The notes under the pieces were generated by a model. That model saw nothing but the letters and a program-made list of their open reading frames with translations, was not told the DNA's origin and ran no database searches. Source: an uncultured virus (IMG/VR IMGVR_UViG_3300005444_000002) (lineage: Duplodnaviria; Heunggongvirae; Uroviricota; Caudoviricetes). Taken from it: 64,000 nucleotides of DNA. The position numbers and the translations under genes were made by a program. Location: IMG/VR virus record IMGVR_UViG_3300005444_000002, one strand, 5' to 3'. Of the stretch, positions 28,198-37,914 are shown piece by piece. Position 1 is the stretch's first letter. Every line of letters begins with the position of its first letter.

Positions 28198-29412
28198 GGG
28201 CAGTATGGTGGATAGGCAGGATCAGAAGGACTGGATTAGCGATTCCAGGCACTCCATCTTCATCGGGTATGTGTTTGGGGTACTAGTCTCCAGTTGGGAG
28301 GGGAAGGATCCTTACCAGATCAGGATCGTAGGGCCAGCTCCAGGGGGGGATAGGGGGGAGGCGAGGAACTTTGTGGTTATGCACACCACCCTGGGGACCT
28401 ACAGATTGACTATCGATCTGGAGCAGGATAAGTGATCTATCGTAACCATCTCATCTGTGACATCTGCTGGGAGCAGTACCTGGAGGGGATAGACCAGTCC
28501 TATAGGTCGCAGAGGAGAGTCGGAAAGGTCCCTCCCAAGGGGATCTGTTGTAGATGTGGGAGGAGGGTGGAGAAGGGGAGCTATGTTAGGGGGATCTTAG
28601 ACGACTTCCGTTGTTGCGAATGTGCGAAGAGGGAGACGGGATGATGAGATTTGTAATGAACGACCTCCCCCAGCAGATCACTGCCCTTCTGGAGGAGAGC
28701 AAGCTCAATTGCGCCTCTCCAGAGGTTGCCCTTGCTGTGGTCTGGGTGGGGTTGGTGCAGATGAGCAGTGTGGGGTTGCAGGAGGGTCTAGCCCATGACC
28801 TTGTCTGCTCGGTCTGGATGATTCAGGGGATTACTGGGGGGGATCCAGGATGCGTTCCGAACTGACCCCCCAACCTCCCCCTGACCTCTGGTATTGGCTA
28901 GACACCGGTTGGGGCTGTGGGGCGATCCTGGTGAGGAATGGGGTGGTTGTGGATGGGGCTCCGATCTTCATCCGCCTTTGGGGCCAGAGGCTGGAGAAGA
29001 TGAAGAGGCTCTATCAGGTGGCTCTCCTCCAATGACCCCCTGGTGGAATTCTCCCTCCTTCAACCCCATTGAAGACGATTTGGACATCCTCATGGCAGAC
29101 GCTACAGCCCTCCTGGGAGTCCTCACTAGGCTCTGCTCGGCTCTACAGGATGAATTGAATCCTCGCCTACAGTCCACTAGGGTCCAGGTGGCCCTCCTCC
29201 ACGCTCAGTCCCTTTTAGGGGTAATCAACAAGAGAGACTTCCCTAAATCTTCCCCAAAGGGGGGACAAAGTGAAGGTGGGTGATTAGCCCACCCTCACTT
29301 GGGCTGAGCTGACTATCTCAAATTGCTCAGATCCCACCTTGCCTTCTTGTCAACTGGTACTGTCTAGCGTATAGCCCAAACCCCCATAGCGCATCTCTAC
29401 GATATGCACTAA

Positions 29413-30630
29413 CTAGTTCGGTAACCCCATGAGGGCCGGGATGTTGGGGAAATTAGGCCCCTCACTGTTCCCTGTTTTCTTCCCATTTAGCAACGCTTTC
29501 GGACGGGTCCGCTGAGAGTGGGTGTTTGTGGCACCGGGGGCTTCAGCTGGGAGCCACCCACCATAGGTTTCTGTTGTCATGGCCAGGGTGGCGTGACCCA
29601 GTTGCTGCTGGACCCACTTGGGAGGCGTCCCCCGAGCAATGTGCTGAGAGCCGAAGGAGTGTCGCAGGCTGTGGAGGTTGAAGTGGTCAGGGAGGCCTGC
29701 CTTCTTCAGGAGCCAATGCAACTTGAAGAGGAGGTGCTTTCGCACTTGCTCCTCATCCGCCTCCTCCATGGTGGAGGGAAGCTCAGGGAAGAAGAACCAA
29801 GCGTTGGGGGAGAGGTCAGAGGATCTCTCTCGATAACCCTCCAAGGCCTCCCAAAGAAGAGGGGAGACTTCTACTTTCCGGGTAGAGCTGGCAGTCTTGA
29901 GATGCCGGGTCTGCCCCTCATGGTTGTGGATAATCAGATGGCTCTCCGTGACATCCTTTACCTTTAAGTGGAGGAGTTCTCCGATACGGAGGCCAGCCCA
30001 TCCCAGAGTGGCGTAGATGGGGAAGAGGGAGGGGTGATGTTCAAGAGAGGTTTCAAAGAAGAGAGTCATCTGGGGTTCATCCATGGCCTTGACAACCTGG
30101 ATCTCACTCTTTCCTCCCCAAAGAGTTTTTCCCAGTTTGGCAGTGGGGCTCTTGACAATGATCCCTGAATCTACAGCCCAGCCGAAAAAGAGGGAGAGCT
30201 TCTGGACGAGAACCTTCTTGGAGGCCTTGGAAAGGGTATCTCTGGAGTAGAGCAACTCTCGGAGAATTCCTAAGTTGATGTCCACCATCTTCTTCTTTCC
30301 CAGCATCGGGAGAATGTGAAGGCGGATGTTGCTCTCCACGTTCCTGATGGTCCCTGCTGAACGATCAGAGCCTTTGGAGGAGTAGAGCTTCAGGAACGTT
30401 TTGGCATATTCCTCAACAGTGATGAAAGGATCATAGTTGGAGGATTGGGGTCCCTCTCTCTCCATTAGGATGAACTTCGCATCCGCCTGTTGAGCCTCCA
30501 GTTCAGTGGAGTAAATCCTCTTGAACCGAAGGGGTTTGCCTGCCACATCCTTCTTGGTAGGATGAAGACCGTCCAATTGCCAGACAGTCTTCCCTAACCT
30601 CTTGATTTCCGTGATCTTAGCTTTTCTCAT
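29413..30630 (-). CDS. int: Tyrosine integrase
   Basis: GLRIGEL, LKT, HSLRHSFG, LGH, TYG catalytic residues; N-terminal arm/core-binding region. Confidence 0.93.
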   Translation of the reverse strand: MRKAKITEIKRLGKTVWQLDGLHPTKKDVAGKPLRFKRIYSTELEAQQADAKFILMEREGPQSSNYDPFITVEEYAKTFLKLYSSKGSDRSAGTIRNVESNIRLHILPMLGKKKMVDINLGILRELLYSRDTLSKASKKVLVQKLSLFFGWAVDSGIIVKSPTAKLGKTLWGGKSEIQVVKAMDEPQMTLFFETSLEHHPSLFPIYATLGWAGLRIGELLHLKVKDVTESHLIIHNHEGQTRHLKTASSTRKVEVSPLLWEALEGYRERSSDLSPNAWFFFPELPSTMEEADEEQVRKHLLFKLHWLLKKAGLPDHFNLHSLRHSFGSQHIARGTPPKWVQQQLGHATLAMTTETYGGWLPAEAPGATNTHSQRTRPKALLNGKKTGNSEGPNFPNIPALMGLPN

Positions 30631-30704
30631 TCAACCTCCTCCACTCACCTTACCTAATAGCGAGGGGAAGAGTCCAGAGAAATCGAATGGAAGGGAAAGA
30701 TACC

Positions 30705-31067
30705 CTAGGTCTGCTTCCTACCGCTCTGCCGCAGGGCCATCTTCGGGAAGGCCTTCATCAATTCTAGGGAGGTTAGTTGGAACCTAACCATCATTTCAGC
30801 ATGTAGGGAATGGCTTAGATGGACACCCTCATTAATGATTCTGGTCAGATAACTGGCGGTGATGTTGAACTCCTTCGCTAACTGACGAATGGAATACTCG
30901 CCTACCCCCACCCTTACCTTTTTGTATTGGTCATGTGCTCGGAAGATGGTTGGAGTAAGGGAGGCCTTCCCATATGACTGAAGGAGACGATTGATGGAGT
31001 CTATGTTTCCCTGAAGGGAAAGGCAATCCATCTCCATCTCATACTGTATCTGGCGAAGATGACCCAA
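30705..31067 (-). CDS. XRE-like HTH regulator upstream of integrase (repressor candidate)
   Basis: YSIRQLAKEFNITASYLTRIING-type HTH; start uncertain. Confidence 0.55.
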   Translation of the reverse strand: MGHLRQIQYEMEMDCLSLQGNIDSINRLLQSYGKASLTPTIFRAHDQYKKVRVGVGEYSIRQLAKEFNITASYLTRIINEGVHLSHSLHAEMMVRFQLTSLELMKAFPKMALRQSGRKQT

Positions 31068-31142
31068 AGAGGACTCTATCAGGGCCTTCTCTTCTTCTAA
31101 CCTTTGGATGAAATCTGGAGAGGGTGGTGCAGGAAAGGTAAA

Positions 31143-31166
31143 TGGGGGGACATCTCTGTCCCCCCA
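31143..31166 (-). terminator. Terminator-like hairpin closing the protease cassette
   Basis: Minus UGGGGGGACA-GAGA-UGUCCCCCCA followed by a short U tract. Confidence 0.55.
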
Positions 31167-31186
31167 ACCCTCGAACCGTCAATAAT

Positions 31187-32551
31187 TCAGGGCTCAAAGC
31201 ATTTATGTGCTGCTTCGCCCCCACAACCTATACGTCTCTCGCAGACCCCACAACACTCTTCCTGACAAGACTTGAAACTGGGGTAGCATACTTCGTTATG
31301 CGCTCCATCGCAGGAGGGGTTTCCATTTCCCCCACCAGACCCACCACAATCGATGATGGGTTCTCCGGCCTCATTGTATCCAGGGAGGCAGGACTTCCCA
31401 CAGGTACCGCAAAGGTGAGTCCCCCCACATCCATCCGGGACCCAACTACATCCCTCACCTGTGGAATAACCACAGGAGGTTTGGGCAATGCATCCCCCTG
31501 GGTCTGGTACAGGGCCAGGGTTTGTCCCGGGGCAAGACCAACAAGACATCCCCACATCGGCTATGGTCGTATGGGCACAGCTCTGAGCACAGGCATTACA
31601 TACTCCCTCATCCGAGTGGAGACCTATCTGCTCACAGGTTGGGGCTTGGAATGTAGGAGGGTTGAATATGTCCTGGCAGGCATAGTCCCCTGGGAGACCT
31701 TCGGAGTTGGGGATGAGTCGCCAGTCCCCACACACAGGACCATTGATGGTGACCTGGGATCTTGTCCCGGAACAGGAGAAGCGTACATAGGGCCCTCCCC
31801 CTCCCCCCTCACAGAGCATGAATGGGGTGCAGAATTCTGGCCCTAAGAAGACCGATGTACAGGCGTTGAACTCCCGGCAGACCAGGGGCCCTCCCCCTCC
31901 TGGGGCACAGCTTGGGTCTGGGTTGCGGATAAGGGGAGGTTTGGGAGCGATTGGGGGTTGTTGTCGTGGGTCATTCTTAATGGTGTTGTTGTCACAAGGG
32001 GTTGGCTGCATCGGGAGCATTCCATCACTGTCATTGTTGCTGATCTGACAGAGTTGATTCATAATGCTCCCCCCAGCACTATCCCCACAAAAGGCGGTGG
32101 GAACATCACCTAACCCCATGGTGTGTCCTACTTCGTGCATGACGATCTTTTGAAAGAACTGTTCCCGGTTGAATTGCCCAAACTTATCCACATCCACAGT
32201 AATGGTGGCGAAGATGATTCGCCTCCCAGGGATCCCTGTGGCTACAGTGATCCCAGCTGCTCTCCCCCTTGCGGTATCTGGGATCCTCCCCATTACTATC
32301 ACCAGATCTGTTAGGCCTGGACCGATGTCAGTGTCAAAGACAATGTTTGAACCATTGTCGAAAGTGTTGGCAGCGTTCCATTCGTTCAGGGCCTTCATAG
32401 CGGCAGTTTTGTAAATGCCTAACCCAGTGAGATCTACATGGACATCTTTCTCCCTATCCCATCCTGCGAAGACCCAATAGGGAGGGCATTTGGTTGCTGG
32501 TGGAGTGGGTCCTGGGACGAAGAGGAGAAGGGAGAGGAGGAGAGCATTCAC
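31187..32551 (-). CDS. Secreted metzincin (matrixin-like) metalloprotease with Cys-rich C-terminal repeats
   Basis: Hydrophobic N-terminus; A..EWN; HEVGHTMGLGD; SIM Met-turn; many Cys in the tail. Confidence 0.8.
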   Translation of the reverse strand: MNALLLSLLLFVPGPTPPATKCPPYWVFAGWDREKDVHVDLTGLGIYKTAAMKALNEWNAANTFDNGSNIVFDTDIGPGLTDLVIVMGRIPDTARGRAAGITVATGIPGRRIIFATITVDVDKFGQFNREQFFQKIVMHEVGHTMGLGDVPTAFCGDSAGGSIMNQLCQISNNDSDGMLPMQPTPCDNNTIKNDPRQQPPIAPKPPLIRNPDPSCAPGGGGPLVCREFNACTSVFLGPEFCTPFMLCEGGGGGPYVRFSCSGTRSQVTINGPVCGDWRLIPNSEGLPGDYACQDIFNPPTFQAPTCEQIGLHSDEGVCNACAQSCAHTTIADVGMSCWSCPGTNPGPVPDPGGCIAQTSCGYSTGEGCSWVPDGCGGTHLCGTCGKSCLPGYNEAGEPIIDCGGSGGGNGNPSCDGAHNEVCYPSFKSCQEECCGVCERRIGCGGEAAHKCFEP

Positions 32552-33249
32552 CGCAGACCTCCAGTTGCACAGGAACTAGCCCTCAATACCGAGGTGATGT
32601 TGTCTGGTTGGGGTTTGTGCCCGTGGATCAACTGGAGAATAGTCCTCCCCCCTGGTTGAATCTCGTAGGTCTCCCCGAGGTTGTAGGAGGTGTAGTCATT
32701 GGTGGGGGAGAGGTAGGTGAGGAAGACAATATATTTGTGTCCAATCACCAGGGGCCATTCCTGGGGGACTAGGAATTGGATGTGGTCATTGGGGATGTTG
32801 TCGATCACCCCTCCAATACGTGCAATGGTGATTCTATCCCCAACCCTCAAGTTACCCTTCAATATCTCATTCGCCTCAACCTTGTACTCCGTGAAGATGA
32901 AGCTCTCATCTTTTGAGAGTACAGGTCTGGCGTTGTAAGGGGTAACGATAGCTACAGTGTCGGCTGTGCAGAAGGTGGATTGGATTCTAACCTCCTCACC
33001 CTCTTTGGGGATTTCAAGGTTGAAGGAGTAGGCTGTGGAAAGGTTAGGTAAGAGCTTCCTCCCGGTTGCGTAGGAGGAGAAGAGATGTTCGTGGTAGCGG
33101 TGTCTCTCGTTCCTGGCTTTGTATCCCTCCCTGGTGGTGGCCAGGGGCTCCACGTCTGGGGGGGCTGCAAGGGAAGGGCATTGGAGGAGCAGAAGGGTGA
33201 TGGGGAGTGCGACTATGCACGCGACAAGCAGCTGCCTCAAGACTCTCAA
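32548..33249 (-). CDS. Secreted protein with TIMP/NTR-like OB-fold signature
   Basis: Signal peptide; CTAD.V...EYKV...EILKG...I...PL..G.KY.VFL. Confidence 0.55.
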   Translation of the reverse strand: MRVLRQLLVACIVALPITLLLLQCPSLAAPPDVEPLATTREGYKARNERHRYHEHLFSSYATGRKLLPNLSTAYSFNLEIPKEGEEVRIQSTFCTADTVAIVTPYNARPVLSKDESFIFTEYKVEANEILKGNLRVGDRITIARIGGVIDNIPNDHIQFLVPQEWPLVIGHKYIVFLTYLSPTNDYTSYNLGETYEIQPGGRTILQLIHGHKPQPDNITSVLRASSCATGGLR

Positions 33250-33279
33250 GTGTGGCCTCCTTTTGAAGTGTGTAAAAGG

Positions 33280-33308
33280 ACTCTACACTCTTCGGCTAGA
33301 GGGGTCAA
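33280..33308 (-). promoter_or_regulatory. Sigma70-like promoter of the protease cassette
   Basis: Minus TTGACC-17nt-TAGAGT, followed by AAGGAGG RBS. Confidence 0.6.
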
Positions 33309-33341
33309 GGGGGGTGATTACCTGAGGAGACCTCCTAGAGA

Positions 33342-33620
33342 GGGAGTGGGGACCGGACTCAACACCGGTTGTTCCTTTCGCTGGCTTGGCTCACGGTTGG
33401 CTGTGCTCAGCGAGGAAAGGAGAAGCAGTGAGGAGAGGCTTGCAATCCTCCAACCCCACGCAAGCTACCGAAGTAGCCATGCTGTCCCGTGCATTCATGC
33501 TTACCCTACGTCCTTCCGTAGTGCCCCACCTTTGAGTACAGGAGAGGGGACTCGATGGAGCCAAGGAGGGCAGAATGTTAGTGCATTCCTCCCAGGCCGG
33601 ATTACTCCAGGCCCACTCCC
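33342..33620 (-). ncRNA. Candidate ~280-nt structured non-coding RNA with tRNA-like ends
   Basis: Terminal 9-bp helix GGGAGUGGG/CCCACUCCC; GUAA and C(UUCG)G tetraloop hairpins on the minus strand; T-arm-like ACCGG-UGUUGAGU-CCGGU; several further stems. Confidence 0.7.
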
Positions 33621-33987
33621 ACGAATCCCCACTTCTATGCTCACTCAAGACCAAGCACTGGTGTGCCGTTGTAGTAATCAATATTGTCAATGCCCTTAAC
33701 CCGGGCATCTGGATACTTCGCAGCGAATAACACCAAGGCTGCTTCAAATGACTCCGCTGCAGCGTAAATATGACCAACCGTTAGCTCACCGTATGCTCCT
33801 TGGATTTTAATCTGCTGAGTCAATCTGATAGTGAACAGTTTAATCATTCCCTAATCTCCACATAACTAGCCACAATCCATCCCCCTGCCAACACCCCAGC
33901 CCACCCCGAGGATTGCCCCTTCCCACCTGGGCAGCCCCTGCACCGAGGAAGAAGAGGCCCAAGAAGACAAACAATATGCGCCGGGAT

Positions 33988-34326
33988 TTACTCATCGATG
34001 AAGTACCTCTCTTTAGGAAGATGTTCCCCACAAACCCACCTCACATTCGCTTCTTCTAACCAGGACCATACCGTTGCCTTTCCACACTTCCAGCAGAACA
34101 TCGGGGGTAGTAATTGAGGATGAGATTTCGGGCCTCTCTTGGGAGGATGAGATAAGCGTTCCTTTCTCAGATTTTCCACTTCCTGGAAATGAAACCACTG
34201 CTTCCTGTTTCCCTCCTCCTCCACATACATAGGTCGGAGGGTTCCTCTCTTCATCAGGTCTCTTACCATACGCAGGGAGAGACCCAACCTTTGGGCGGTT
34301 TGCTTTAGGGAAAGAGGGGGAGTCAA
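33988..34326 (-). CDS. Excisionase/MerR-like HTH protein with Zn ribbon
   Basis: LSLKQTAQRLGLS...V.DLMKRG.L.P...F...V; CWKC. Confidence 0.65.
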   Translation of the reverse strand: MTPPLSLKQTAQRLGLSLRMVRDLMKRGTLRPMYVEEEGNRKQWFHFQEVENLRKERLSHPPKRGPKSHPQLLPPMFCWKCGKATVWSWLEEANVRWVCGEHLPKERYFIDE

Positions 34327-34334
34327 GGGATATT

Positions 34335-35255
34335 CCGGGACGGAACAGCGCCGCCACGTCGAGCGGCCTCAGCAGATCCAGGCCGCGCGCCACCAGCAGG
34401 GTCGCCTCGGCCTCCGTCATGTTGTCCGGGAAGCTCACCAGCGTCTCTCCGTCCTTCGTCCAGACGTGGACGCGCCGCGGGATCCCGTTGGTCATCACTT
34501 CGACCATCACGCGCTGATCGTACGGCGCTCCGTTGCTCGGTGTGCTCACTTACCGCCCACGAATTTCATGATCGTCTCGATCGCCTCGGCCACACCCTCG
34601 ACCGGCACATCCCACACGCGCACACCGTCCTGACCGTTGATCTCGCGATCGTCGGTGGACGCCACGCACTCGCCGTCTTCCCAGTGCAGGCAACCAAAGC
34701 GCACACTTGACCCACCTGGCAACTTAGCCTCGCTGAAGAAATACAGGAATCGATCGCCAGCGCCTTCCGCGCCGATCACCCATCGCGCCTGCGCCTCGAT
34801 CACGCCGTCGCCTTCTCCACCGCGGCGTGGGCCGTCGCGTTAATGCGGTCGAAATGCCGCTCCGTCTCGGCCACGAAAGACTCGTCGCGTATCTGCACGA
34901 GCGCGGCAAGTAACTCCGCCTTCTCCTTGCGCAGCCGGCACACTTCCGCGACAAGCGGCGGAAGCCACTGGCTAGGGCGCGTGCCGCCCGGCCCGACTCT
35001 CCTGGCCAGCAGCGCCAGTTCGGTGTCTGTCAGCGGCGTGCTCAAGGGATCCGTGCCACGAAGCCGCCGTCGCCCAGCTCGGCCCCGTCGACCGCTCTGA
35101 CGTTGAGGCTCGCGCACCGGCCGCAGATCCACCTCACGCTGTTGCCCCGTGCCCTTCCGGCGTCGCCGCCTTCGTCGCCCTCGACCTCGATGCTGGACAG
35201 CTGTTCCGCGATCCCGTCGAAGCTCCGCGCCAGCGACTCGGATTCACGCCAGCCA
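34335..35255 (-). other. GC- and CpG-rich foreign block with 3-4 small ORFs (34800-35045, 34546-34803, and disrupted genes at both edges)
   Basis: Abrupt compositional shift; reading frames broken at both junctions; boundaries approximate. Confidence 0.7.
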
Positions 35256-35334
35256 GGAGAGTATTCCGATTAATCATTACCTACCACCTTTACCCTGGGG
35301 AGCCATCTCCCTCCCCAGGGGACTAGCCGACCTC

Positions 35335-35931
35335 TTAGGCCGTGACTGCCTTCGCACCCTTCTTCCCCTTCGGCTGGGGGTGAGGGGCCACCTTGGGGCT
35401 CTCCACCCTGATCCCCAGGATGTCGTGGGTACATTCGGGACAAGTTATGCTCCTCCCAGCGGGTAAAGTCAAGAGCTTTTCCTGGATCTGGGAGTGGGTG
35501 CAAGGGGCCTCCACTTGGGGGACCTCCTCCGGGGGAGGATGACGGATCTGACTCGCCTCCGGATCCGCCAACTGACGTTCGGGTTGGGTCTTGTAGGGAG
35601 GTCTTCCCAGAGGCTTCCCGTTCTTGCTCAACTTCTCCCCGTACTTCGCTTGAGGGGACTTCTCCACCGTCTCTCCACCGTTCTTCTTCCTGTTCCACCA
35701 AGCCAGCTGTGCGGCGGAAGGTGCCTTCCCCCCATTCACCACAGGAACCCCTGCGGAGACCATGGGAGGGGTTCCCCCACCCCTGGTGAACCTCTGGGCC
35801 AAGAGAATCGCCAGAGCCCTGTCCTGGGGGGAGAGCTGGGTCAGACCCCATGCCACATCCGCCACCACTGCCCCTGTCATCACCGCTGGATTTGTCTGAG
35901 CCTTCCTCGGCATTATCCACCTACCTTCCAA
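35335..35931 (-). CDS. Hypothetical basic protein with Zn ribbon
   Basis: K/P-rich; CTH...CPEC. Confidence 0.55.
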   Translation of the reverse strand: MEGRWIMPRKAQTNPAVMTGAVVADVAWGLTQLSPQDRALAILLAQRFTRGGGTPPMVSAGVPVVNGGKAPSAAQLAWWNRKKNGGETVEKSPQAKYGEKLSKNGKPLGRPPYKTQPERQLADPEASQIRHPPPEEVPQVEAPCTHSQIQEKLLTLPAGRSITCPECTHDILGIRVESPKVAPHPQPKGKKGAKAVTA

Positions 35932-36241
35932 AGGGTTTAACGTTTCAATCTCAACTGCCTTACCCCATCCAAGATGCCCCTACTGATCAACATCCCCTCA
36001 CAGAGGTCACAATCGATGCTGTACTGTAAGAACCCTTGCACCACCTGCTCAACCTCGTAGAGCAAGAACTCCATATGAGCTTCGATAACCAGTCTACTCT
36101 CAACTATCCCTAACGTCAACTCCTTTTCAAGTATCTCTGCAAGTATCATCACCCGTGAGGGTTCCATGATATTTCCTTCACATCCGTATGACTTGTCCTT
36201 TCCAAACCCCTGGAGAGAGGAGGAGGGATTGCTTTCTTTTC

Positions 36242-36448
36242 CTAGTCTTGGATGTCTCGGGAACGTAAAGGGGGGGCCCAAAGGGGATCGTCAGGGGAGA
36301 CGTGACTTTTCTTCAACCTGATGGAACGGATGGTGGAGGTACGGAGGTGTACTAATTTAGCTATTTCCGTATCCGACATACCTATATGGAGGAGGCGCTT
36401 GATTTCATCTACTTGGGAAGGGGGGAGGAGGGTTGTGAATCTACTCAT
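36242..36448 (-). CDS. Small stand-alone HTH protein
   Basis: QVDEIKRLL..GMS.TEIAKL...STIRSIR. Confidence 0.65.
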   Translation of the reverse strand: MSRFTTLLPPSQVDEIKRLLHIGMSDTEIAKLVHLRTSTIRSIRLKKSHVSPDDPLWAPPLRSRDIQD

Positions 36449-36680
36449 GCCAGTTCCTGTTCCTCTAATATCTCCTTAACCTCCTCAAGAAGGTCAGCAA
36501 GGACCCATTTCTCCCTGTGGTCCCCATAGCGGACAAGGCGGACTCTTTCTTCCCCTACAGAGAAGGAGATCTTCCAGATGGTCTGATCTATCCGGGCTAT
36601 TTCTCGGGCTGCTTTAAGGGTGGGATAGTGAGCAATACCGTTCTCTTCACTACGAGTTTGGAAAGACATCTCCCTTTCTC

Positions 36681-37316
36681 CTATAGATCAATCGTTATGG
36701 GAGGGTGGGTAGGGTCATACATCTCATCACAGATGGAGGCGTTGACGAAGATCGGGACAACATCCCCTATCGGGGTCCAGTGGTGCATTCCAGCGGCAGA
36801 ATGGATATGCCCGAAGACATGGAGGGTTGGTGCTATCCGTTCGACAGCAGAGAGGAGGAGGAGATCTCCGACATGTTCCCCCCTTGGGATGAGATCCAGG
36901 ATCCCCTTAGGTGGTCCATGAGTGACCAGGATATCCGTCCCCTCCGGGATCCTATCCCAATGGTCATGGGAGGGGGGGAGTTGGAAGGCCCAGTTGAAGA
37001 ATCGGGGAGTCCATGGAGAGCCCCAGATCTTCAACCCCTCTATCTCCACCCCACTCTCTTGGAGGTAGTTGATCTGAGGATCATAGGCGAGGAGGGTTTG
37101 TCTAGCGAAGACTGGATCCTTTTGGAAGAGCCAATCATGATTCCCAGCGATTACCACCTTATGTTTGAAGGGTAGGGAGGCCAACCACTCTGCAGCTGCC
37201 TTCACCTCCCGAAAGGTCCCCATCCCCGTGAGATCCCCAGCATGGATGAGCATATCCCCTTCAGGGACCTTGAAGTTGTGTGAGAGGTGGGTATCGGAGA
37301 GGCAGACGATTCTCAC
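36681..37316 (-). CDS. Metallophosphoesterase (MPPED/239FB-like)
   Basis: SDTH, HAGDLT, AGNHD, THGPP, FGHIH, VNAS. Confidence 0.9.
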   Translation of the reverse strand: MRIVCLSDTHLSHNFKVPEGDMLIHAGDLTGMGTFREVKAAAEWLASLPFKHKVVIAGNHDWLFQKDPVFARQTLLAYDPQINYLQESGVEIEGLKIWGSPWTPRFFNWAFQLPPSHDHWDRIPEGTDILVTHGPPKGILDLIPRGEHVGDLLLLSAVERIAPTLHVFGHIHSAAGMHHWTPIGDVVPIFVNASICDEMYDPTHPPITIDL

Positions 37317-37585
37317 TCATTCCTCAATATCTGGTGTATCCGTTGCCTTGTCATATGGAATATGTCACCAATGGATCGTAGGGAATGTCCCTCCTGATAA
37401 AGCCTCCTCATCAGATGTTGTCGATACTTCGCTGTTATTGTCCTATGTCTTCCTAATGGTCGTCCCGGAGGACGCCTATTGGGGAGATTCCATCCTGCAG
37501 ACCCACACCAACGACAACGCTTGGGTAGATGGACATTCGCCATCCAGCCCCGTCCACAACGTTTGCAGGTTACGGGGGTTCGCAT
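37313..37585 (-). CDS. Zn ribbon plus sigma region 4-like HTH protein
   Basis: CKRC..W...PKRC..C.S..WN; G.SL.SIG..F.MTRQRIHQIL. Confidence 0.7.
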   Translation of the reverse strand: MRTPVTCKRCGRGWMANVHLPKRCRWCGSAGWNLPNRRPPGRPLGRHRTITAKYRQHLMRRLYQEGHSLRSIGDIFHMTRQRIHQILRNE

Positions 37586-37885
37586 CCCTACCGTACCGAA
37601 CTCCTCTCAATCGCAACCCCTCTCACCCTAACCCACCACTCCTCATACCTCCCCATCCACTCCTTCAGGAGAAGGGGATGGACGGTGTAGATTGATGCGG
37701 GAGGTTCTGGGGCGAGGAGGAGGGCAGCCAACACATCGTTGGTAGCAGGGGAGCCTAGGAGCTTCCCTGCCTCCTTCCTCGCCTCCTGCCCCCTCCTCCC
37801 CCTATCGTAGTCATCGATGACCAACCGGGCTAGCATGGTGAGCTTATCGTCTTCCATTTCAACCACCTTTCCTCAACCTGGATAC

Positions 37886-37914
37886 ATGGTATACAGCCCC
37901 TGGGGGGATGTCAA
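37886..37914 (-). promoter_or_regulatory. Sigma70-like early promoter
   Basis: Minus TTGACA-17nt-TACCAT. Confidence 0.6.

Noticed and set aside
29284..29412. attP site downstream of the integrase
   Set aside because: Position is plausible, but no tRNA-like core or arm-type direct repeats could be identified
33342..33620. tRNA, tmRNA, RNase P RNA or group I intron identity for the structured region
   Set aside because: No CCA, no canonical TTCRA loop or anticodon arm, no G3-U70 pair or GGAUUCGA 5' motif, no GAGGAAAGUCC, no recognisable P7 motifs
33085..33777. Track ORFs 33085-33699 (+) and 33391-33777 (-)
   Set aside because: No RBS or protein-like motifs; they overlap better-supported genes and the structured RNA candidate
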